From: Escherichia phage ManiMatter_Bas94 | Length of the DNA stretch: 64,000 nt | Strand: one strand, 5' to 3' | Sequence record: PQ850617.1 | Part shown: one piece after another, positions 58,038 through 64,000 of the stretch | Position numbering within the stretch: the first letter of the stretch is position 1 | Layout of the letters: each line of letters starts with the position of its first letter | Position numbers and translations under genes: made by a program | The notes under the pieces: generated by a model | What the model saw: only the letters and a program-made list of their open reading frames with translations | The model's database searches: none | Told to the model about the DNA's origin: nothing

Positions 58038-58255
58038 TATCCATATACCTTAACATGATTGATTCGACGTGAATGATGATAAGAAGACTCAACAGCCATT
58101 GCCTTTAATTCTTCTTTTCGTTGGTTAGTGTGTACAATATCCCAATGATTATGATCGTGTTGGCGCTGTAATATCTTACTACATTTGCGATGGTTTCCCG
58201 TGCTGCGACGTTTCTCACAAATAGGACACTTACCAAAATCATTACTGAATATCAT
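58037..58255 (-). CDS. Zinc-finger-like small protein
   Basis: CPICEKRRSTGNHRKC plus His cluster. Confidence 0.35.
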   Translation of the reverse strand: MIFSNDFGKCPICEKRRSTGNHRKCSKILQRQHDHNHWDIVHTNQRKEELKAMAVESSYHHSRRINHVKVYG

Positions 58256-58479
58256 TTTCTCAATCCTAACTTTCTTAAGACACGGCCTAACGTTGTTTCT
58301 TGGGTGATAATATACCTGACCGCTTCACGTTCCAACGTTTCAATCTTCATTGGCGACGGATACCATTCACCGGTAAGCATACACCTATACTCAACGCCAT
58401 ACTTTTTAGATAGGCGGTAATGTTGACCGTTGACAAGGTTCCTATAAATCGTGGTATGCGTCGTTAACATAATCGTCAC
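58252..58479 (-). CDS. Hypothetical protein
   Basis: 75-aa ORF. Confidence 0.35.
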   Translation of the reverse strand: MTIMLTTHTTIYRNLVNGQHYRLSKKYGVEYRCMLTGEWYPSPMKIETLEREAVRYIITQETTLGRVLRKLGLRK

Positions 58480-58582
58480 CTTTGATTAGATTCTTTGATT
58501 AGTACACTGAATCAATGCACTGATAAAAGAAAAGGCGCTACCCGTTAAAGATAGCGCCTCATGTTTATTTAGATTGTCTTAC

Positions 58583-59491
58583 TTATGCCGCCTGACGTGC
58601 CGCCATAATTTCAGCCGCTTTGCGCAATACTTCTTCCTCTTCTGCTTTCGCCGCTTGTTCGGTACGGGTAGCAACCGTTGAAGAGATACGACCGCGCAGA
58701 CTTTCTAACTTCTCTTGCATAGCTGCGATGGTCTTTTCCATTTCATCAGCGTATGAGTCCAGTGATTCTAGTTCCTTGCTCGATGCGTTCATCAGATAAT
58801 CATCAGAGATCGCTACCGTTGAGGCCGTCACTTTCTTGATGAGTGAGTCGAATGACTTCTTAACCTTGCCGACTTCTTCACTTAAGGCAATAGTGTTATC
58901 ACTGGTAGCGCCGTTGCGCTCATCGGCCAACAATTTTGCTTCAATACGGATTGCATTCAAGCGTTCAACTAAAGCGTAAATATCCTGATTAAAATCTTCC
59001 TTGTTTTTCGCCGGTATTTGAAGGTGTGCCGCCACGTTGTCATTGCAACCTTTGTAGAAGTTAGGATTATCCACTTCAATTGCACGACCTAAAGCAAAAT
59101 TCTCGAAAGCATTCGACCAGCGAGCGCGGTTTTGTTCCATTTTGGCCTTAATTTGCGCTTCTTTCGCATCTTCTTTCGCTTTCGCTTCACCTTCCAGATT
59201 AATCCATTTTTTACGACCGTTCGCCGCCTCGGTATTAAACTTGATTGGAGTAAGGAAAGTAATTGCAGTGGCAATAACATCCATATCGCGGAAACGTTCA
59301 GTTAACAGAAAATCGACCGCCGACTGCAATACATCTAATTTCTTGCCGTTGCTGCGGAAGTGCTGCAAATGACCTAACAGAAAGTTAGAAACATCTTGCT
59401 TAATCGCCGCGTTATTGCTACGGATGTTGTTTGCCAGTGCATTGAAACCGGATTCTTTTACCAGATTAAAAACTTTAGCCATGATATTCAC
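58583..59491 (-). CDS. Hypothetical early protein (302 aa, helical)
   Basis: First long ORF downstream of the consensus promoter cluster. Confidence 0.45.
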   Translation of the reverse strand: MNIMAKVFNLVKESGFNALANNIRSNNAAIKQDVSNFLLGHLQHFRSNGKKLDVLQSAVDFLLTERFRDMDVIATAITFLTPIKFNTEAANGRKKWINLEGEAKAKEDAKEAQIKAKMEQNRARWSNAFENFALGRAIEVDNPNFYKGCNDNVAAHLQIPAKNKEDFNQDIYALVERLNAIRIEAKLLADERNGATSDNTIALSEEVGKVKKSFDSLIKKVTASTVAISDDYLMNASSKELESLDSYADEMEKTIAAMQEKLESLRGRISSTVATRTEQAAKAEEEEVLRKAAEIMAARQAA

Positions 59492-60303
59492 CTTTCAATT
59501 ATAAGGGCACTATTGCCCCGCTCGCTATGAGCTTTCAAGCCATTATTGACTTAACTATAAACGCTCACTATAAACGCTTATAGGTAAGCGGAGCGGTCTT
59601 ATCAGGAGTTAACCTTGCCGCTCCCTTATCCGTGATGTTTCATCTGGTATCTTTAATTAGTCGCTATAAATAAAGCCGACTTGATAGCGATGATCAATCA
59701 TCACAATAAGGCCAGTGTGTCCGACTCAATTTAATTACATTACTGTAACCGTCGGCAATATCGTTTACTCTGCTTTCGCTCCCGCCTATCCTTTTGTATC
59801 AGCTCTTTATCGCTAGTCATCGCCCACTACGGGATACTATTGCGAAAAAGTCACTAACCGCCTAATATTCCGGCGTTTTATATCTTTCGGCAAGTTTACT
59901 ACACAACACGACTATGTACTTTCATCCTAAGACGAATATCAAGCCGCTCACGTCGTAAACGTTCACACTAAAACCTTATTGTTAAATAGCAATTTGCCAC
60001 TTTTTAACCGTTCGCCGCCGCCCTCAATTGGGCGTTAATTCGTCGGGATTGTCTACCCTGATCAGTTTCTTTCATTGTAGCGCCTTTTTAGCTAGGCCGC
60101 CGCTACCCATTAACCGTGGGCGATTAGTTTTAGCCTTGCGTGCACTCAATGATTCCGCTTACCAGTGGTGACGTTTCCAGTTAAGGGATTGTAAAGCTGT
60201 TTACCCTGATAATTTAGGGAGCTTTACGCCGTTTTATCTGGTATGTTTTCCGATGGTCATTATCATCCAACATATGCAACCGATATAGGGGAACGTTTAA
60301 ATT

Positions 60304-60315
60304 ATTAAAGAGCGG
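60304..60315. repeat. TTTAAAGAGCGG motif, copy 1 of 5
   Basis: Others at 60542-60555, 60677-60690, 60789-60801, 61009-61022. Confidence 0.6.
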
Positions 60316-60573
60316 TAAATCTGTCAGTGTGCTTTCTCACACTACGCAACTGTTAGCCGTTGTGTCGCTTTTTCACTGAAGCGGTGATTTGCTTAGTGAC
60401 TTGTGCTTATTATGAATCATTTTGCTTCCGCCGTCAATCACTTTTTTAATCTTTTTTCATCGTTCCCGCTGTTGGGAAGATATATCAATCAGCTATATTT
60501 GATTGAAGATTAAGCGATCAGGCTTGAACTTATGATTCATATTTTTAAAGAGCGGTTTTTCTGACTTGTGATC

Positions 60574-60602
60574 AGTATAAACTTACTTTCTCACGTTGTC
60601 AA
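60574..60602 (-). promoter_or_regulatory. Sigma70-type promoter P1
   Basis: Minus strand TTGACA-N17-TATACT. Confidence 0.55.
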
Positions 60603-60721
60603 TCTCTTTTTTATCGTCTTCTTTGATTCTCTTCCCTTATCTCGCGTGAATCTATGCGAAAGGGCAAGACGATAAATTTTTAAAGAGCGGGATTTTTTAA
60701 GTCATCGCTGACCTTGTACAC

Positions 60722-60801
60722 TCATTATAGGTTAGGCTTTTTCCGGTGTCAATATTCTTTTTCAGAATATTTTCACTTTCTAGCCTGATTTTTAAAGAGC
60801 G
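60722..60801. repeat. ~80-bp direct repeat, copy 1
   Basis: CATTATAGGTTAGGCTTTT...TTTTCACTTTCTAGCCT..TTTTTAAAGAGCG, ~90% identical to 60942-61022. Confidence 0.7.
60724..60752 (-). promoter_or_regulatory. Sigma70-type consensus promoter P2
   Basis: Minus strand TTGACA-N17-TATAAT, AT-rich upstream; inside 80-bp repeat. Confidence 0.65.
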
Positions 60802-60941
60802 TTTAAAGCTGTATGGCTCCCATAACACCACTTGATGATCAGTTAACCTACGATCATTCAGGACTATAGTACCCGCTTAGTTGCGTCTGACTTGCTTCAC
60901 TCACTAGGGAGTTACTTGAGCGGTCATCTTGTCTTTCTAAG

Positions 60942-61022
60942 CTCATTATAGGTTAGGCTTTTCAGTTGTCAAATACTTTTTCAAGTATTTTTTCACTTTC
61001 TAGCCTACTTTTTAAAGAGCGG
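60942..61022. repeat. ~80-bp direct repeat, copy 2
   Basis: See copy 1. Confidence 0.7.
60945..60972 (-). promoter_or_regulatory. Sigma70-type consensus promoter P3
   Basis: Minus strand TTGACA-N16-TATAAT; second copy of 80-bp repeat. Confidence 0.65.
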
Positions 61023-61303
61023 GGCAATTTCTTGCCTTGTATGTTTTACATCGTACCCGATGGAAATGAGTATACGCGAGCCTTTAGAAAGTGCAATAGG
61101 GGAAAGCAAATTATTTTAAACTTTTTCACTGTAGGGAAGATAGAAGAGCGGGCTGACGTGGTACACCATAGGAAACGGCTTGTAAAGCGATAATAGGCGG
61201 CCTAAAACGCACCACAATGAGCTAAAAGGGGATAAGGTATATAATCACCTTAGAAAAGAAAAAAGCGCCTTTATTGGCGCTTATAGGGATGATTTAAAGT
61301 TTT

Positions 61304-61555
61304 TCACCATTTAGGCAAATCTGCATCAAGTAGGCCAGCAAGTGACAATTCACCGTCAACATATATCGATCTGAAATCGTCCCGATTGATATCAATGCGT
61401 ACCATTTGCAGCCATTTTTTGGCCTCGTTAAAGCTCATTGAGCAAAAAGAAACCGTGGGCAATATTACGTCACCATTTTGCAAGCCGAACGCGATAAAAG
61501 TATCGCACACGCAGCAAGAAAGACCGTTCGACAATTTAATCTCTTTGATACTCAT
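61304..61555 (-). CDS. Small Cys-containing protein, paralog B
   Basis: MSIKEIKLSNGLSCCVCDTFIAF...RDDFRSIYVDG; ~55-60% identical to 56270-56515. Confidence 0.45.
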   Translation of the reverse strand: MSIKEIKLSNGLSCCVCDTFIAFGLQNGDVILPTVSFCSMSFNEAKKWLQMVRIDINRDDFRSIYVDGELSLAGLLDADLPKW

Positions 61556-61582
61556 GTTTTTACACTCCCAAAGATAGGTTAT

Positions 61583-61729
61583 TTATTTGCTGAATTTAGC
61601 GCCATAAAACTTACTAATCTTGTTTTTCGGGCTTAACTTGCTATCAGTGAGCGCTTCAATCACTTCACAAACGATCAGGGCAAGTAAAGGAAAAACTACA
61701 GCCATAAACATCATTACCAGAATAATCAT
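61583..61729 (-). CDS. Small hydrophobic protein (48 aa), tentative
   Basis: MIILVMMFMAVVFPLLALIV...; below track threshold. Confidence 0.25.
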   Translation of the reverse strand: MIILVMMFMAVVFPLLALIVCEVIEALTDSKLSPKNKISKFYGAKFSK

Positions 61730-62172
61730 TTCTATCACTCCAATCACTCAATCCGTAGGCTTCAATTTACTACTACTTAATAAGGAAAGCAATCACCACG
61801 GGCAAAATACTACCCGCAGAACAGACCACGGGGGAACGTGCCAGATAATGCGGTAATAATATTCCACTTAAATAATTAGTTAACTATTAATAACATTACT
61901 CAAACATCAAACGTTAAAAGAAAAGAATAACAGAACGCTGAAAAAGAAAAGAATAAAAAGAAATATAATAAACATCAAACATAATCTTTCCACTTAATTA
62001 ATGCATATATCATTATTGCACTCATAATTATCACCATTGAAACTATTTACATTCAAACTATGGGGGATGGCGATAGTTGCTATCCGGTATTAATAGCCTC
62101 AATATAATCAAGCATTAACAATGGCTAGCCTTTCCCATACTCTTTTAAGGGGCACTAAATAAACGGGTATTA

Positions 62173-62180
62173 AATGTATA
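62173..62180 (+). promoter_or_regulatory. AATGTATA element, plus orientation
   Basis: TAAATGTATAGG in divergent intergenic region. Confidence 0.3.
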
Positions 62181-62411
62181 GGATGTTATACACGGGGCAA
62201 TAACTGCACGGGATAGGGCACGGGAAAAGTGGAACGTTGAAAAAGAAGGTAAAGGCATTGCCAATACCCATTTTTTAAATGAGGACTCCCCCTTTTTAAC
62301 AATTCGTCGCGGAGCGCCTAGCCCCACTCGGTCAAATCAGAATTTTAAACCCTTATATATAAGCATATGCCCCAACTTTATGTTGTGGATTTAAGCTTGA
62401 GGAACTATTTA

Positions 62412-62576
62412 ATGAATCTAATTAAAGTGTTTAGACGAATGAAATGTAAGCACAATTACTATCCTCTTCGTAAAGCTTACGGGGATGAAAGAATACACGG
62501 GCTATACTTATCAACATGGAGGTGTAGGGAATGTGGTAAGTTAAAGTTTAGTGAATGGGTAGACAGACCGGGATGA
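62412..62576 (+). CDS. Zinc-ribbon small protein
   Basis: ATG 62412 with SD GAGGAA; CKHNY...CRECGK. Confidence 0.4.
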   Translation: MNLIKVFRRMKCKHNYYPLRKAYGDERIHGLYLSTWRCRECGKLKFSEWVDRPG

Positions 62577-62747
62577 TAGTGCCTTAACGTGACATAGCCT
62601 TTATGAAGTCCCCTTTATGACATGCCCTTTACTTCAGCGTACACGGGTTGTCAATGATGACATGGCCTTTACGGGTAGGTCTTATGATGTGCCCTTTATA
62701 CTTCAGAGACAGCTACTACGTAGCGTCGTATTCAGAGGAGAAGAATT

Positions 62748-62969
62748 ATGAATTTAGTATTAGACTTTTTATCAGAGGTTGTGCCTCGCTTTCGTACGGA
62801 GACTTGTGCCTTCGTTAAAATATCCCCTGAAGAATTAGAATGCATTGGTCGTCTGGTTGACTTGGATGACGATGAAGAATTTGATGCAACGATGGAAGTT
62901 AGTAGCCTAGGATGGTTATTCTTCCGAGCGTTCACCACTATCAAACCACACACTTATAAGGAATACTAA
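62748..62969 (+). CDS. Small acidic hypothetical protein
   Basis: SD AGGAG; 73 aa. Confidence 0.4.
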   Translation: MNLVLDFLSEVVPRFRTETCAFVKISPEELECIGRLVDLDDDEEFDATMEVSSLGWLFFRAFTTIKPHTYKEY

Positions 62970-62972
62970 TTT

Positions 62973-63404
62973 ATGTTAGATTGTAAATATCAAGGAGATG
63001 ATATGTTAGATTTAATCCACACTACTCGCCCTAATTCTAAAACTAAAACACAACCATCTACTCTGGAAGTAATTGAATACGAATCTACTAAACATGATCA
63101 CCTCCCTGACTATGCTCGTGCAATGATTGAGATGATTGAAGAAGCTGAATATGAAATGCTCCATGATTACATCACCTCCAAAGATGAATGGCATCGTGAT
63201 GTTCGAATCGAAGAAGATGGTACAGAAACAATTACGTGGATTCACAAGAGTGAGTTAGTAGACGACGCACTGCGAGACTACGAAAAATTTTTGGTCGACG
63301 GCTCTATTCTTTTAGAGGAAGAGAAGGGTGTAGAACTTCCGTGGGAGGGTGAGACAGTTGCTTTAGGTAAGATGTTTAACCTGTCCGTTGGTGATTGTAA
63401 GTAA
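62973..63404 (+). CDS. Acidic hypothetical protein (start probably ATG 63003)
   Basis: Strong SD AAGGAG before second ATG; Glu/Asp-rich. Confidence 0.4.
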   Translation: MLDCKYQGDDMLDLIHTTRPNSKTKTQPSTLEVIEYESTKHDHLPDYARAMIEMIEEAEYEMLHDYITSKDEWHRDVRIEEDGTETITWIHKSELVDDALRDYEKFLVDGSILLEEEKGVELPWEGETVALGKMFNLSVGDCK

Positions 63405-63440
63405 TGTTTGCCTCCTTTGGGAGGCTTTTTGTGTTGTTGA

Positions 63441-63449
63441 TAATGTAGA
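63441..63449 (+). promoter_or_regulatory. TAATGTAGA variant of TAATGTATA element
   Basis: Directly upstream of SD/ATG 63461. Confidence 0.3.
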
Positions 63450-63460
63450 AGGAGTATAAA

Positions 63461-63931
63461 ATGTTTGGAGAAAACGGAGGACTCACACCTGCACAGGTAG
63501 CTGAGATTACAGGAAGATTACCCGGAGTAACGGAAGAACTTGAATCCAAGGGTATGAACCCAAGCAATGGGAAGTTTCAAAAGGGAAATAAATTCGGACG
63601 ACCCAAAGGTAGTAGAGGTAAACTGACACAATTAATGTTGGACCGTGTTGCTGCAAGTCATTTGTCTCCTGATGAAGTGTTAATTCAAATTTACGAAGAT
63701 CCTAATATTCCACCTGATCTTAGATTCAAGGCTGCATCAAAAGTTGCAGATCTGGTATATCCTAAGGCGGCCTCTGTTGAAGTTAAGATTGAGGAAGAGA
63801 ATGTAGTCAACGAAGAATCACTGAATGCACAAATCAAGGACTTCTTGACTGGAGCACTTGGTATCGACGTTATGCCTCCAGAAGACAACTCCGAGGACGC
63901 TGAAAAGGGGGAGGAAGCGGACGAGAGTTAA
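63461..63931 (+). CDS. DNA-binding protein, possible terminase small subunit
   Basis: Basic N-terminal KGNKFGRPKGSRGK, acidic C-terminus; sits where packaging genes would begin. Confidence 0.3.
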   Translation: MFGENGGLTPAQVAEITGRLPGVTEELESKGMNPSNGKFQKGNKFGRPKGSRGKLTQLMLDRVAASHLSPDEVLIQIYEDPNIPPDLRFKAASKVADLVYPKAASVEVKIEEENVVNEESLNAQIKDFLTGALGIDVMPPEDNSEDAEKGEEADES

Positions 63932-64000
63932 TTAAAGGAAAGAAGGGGAGGTTCTTTGACGAAGGGACTTTCCCTTTTCTATTTTTAAACTGGAGGAAGT

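Noticed and set aside
60304-61022. TTTAAAGAGCGG copies as -10/-35 elements of additional plus-strand sigma70 promoters
   Set aside because: No consistent hexamer partner at 16-18 bp spacing in plus orientation; the motif sits at a fixed distance upstream of the minus-strand consensus promoters instead.

Overview
The window reads as a contiguous piece of a lytic tailed-phage genome (podovirus-like) built from two convergent transcription blocks that meet at a bidirectional terminator near 22.3 kb. All calls are from reading the sequence and the ORF translations; no searches were run. The most unusual content is a minus-strand enzyme cluster (41.4-51.4 kb) that looks like a peptide-ligase/amidotransferase system, and a DNA polymerase encoded in three pieces. 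(1) Plus-strand virion/lysis block, 1-22,270: capsid C-terminus with a -1 frameshift Ig-like extension, several fibrous tail-fibre-like proteins, a holin-like ORF plus T4-type lysozyme embedded among them, a lytic transglycosylase protein, two Gln/Asn-rich paralogs and a 1,435-aa protein. (2) Minus-strand early and DNA-metabolism block, 59.5 kb down to 22.3 kb: T7-type primase-helicase; a separate 3'-5' exonuclease ORF; the polymerase body 8 kb away, itself split by a group-I-like intron carrying an Endo VII/HNH ORF; gp6-like exonuclease, SSB, ECF-like sigma factor, dCTP deaminase, ThyX-like, thioredoxin, Dps-like and PhoH proteins, further HNH endonucleases, a CCA/poly(A)-polymerase-like nucleotidyltransferase, and the ATP-grasp + class-II glutamine amidotransferase + amidoligase-like + GGCT-like cluster. 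(3) 59.5-62.3 kb is almost ORF-free and carries three consensus sigma70-type promoters inside repeats plus a 5-copy TTTAAAGAGCGG motif. (4) The right edge starts plus-strand genes (acidic proteins, possible small terminase). No phage RNA polymerase, integrase or CRISPR array was seen. The layout, the phage sigma factor and a recurrent TAATGTATA element recall phiEco32-like phages, but that is recollection only.
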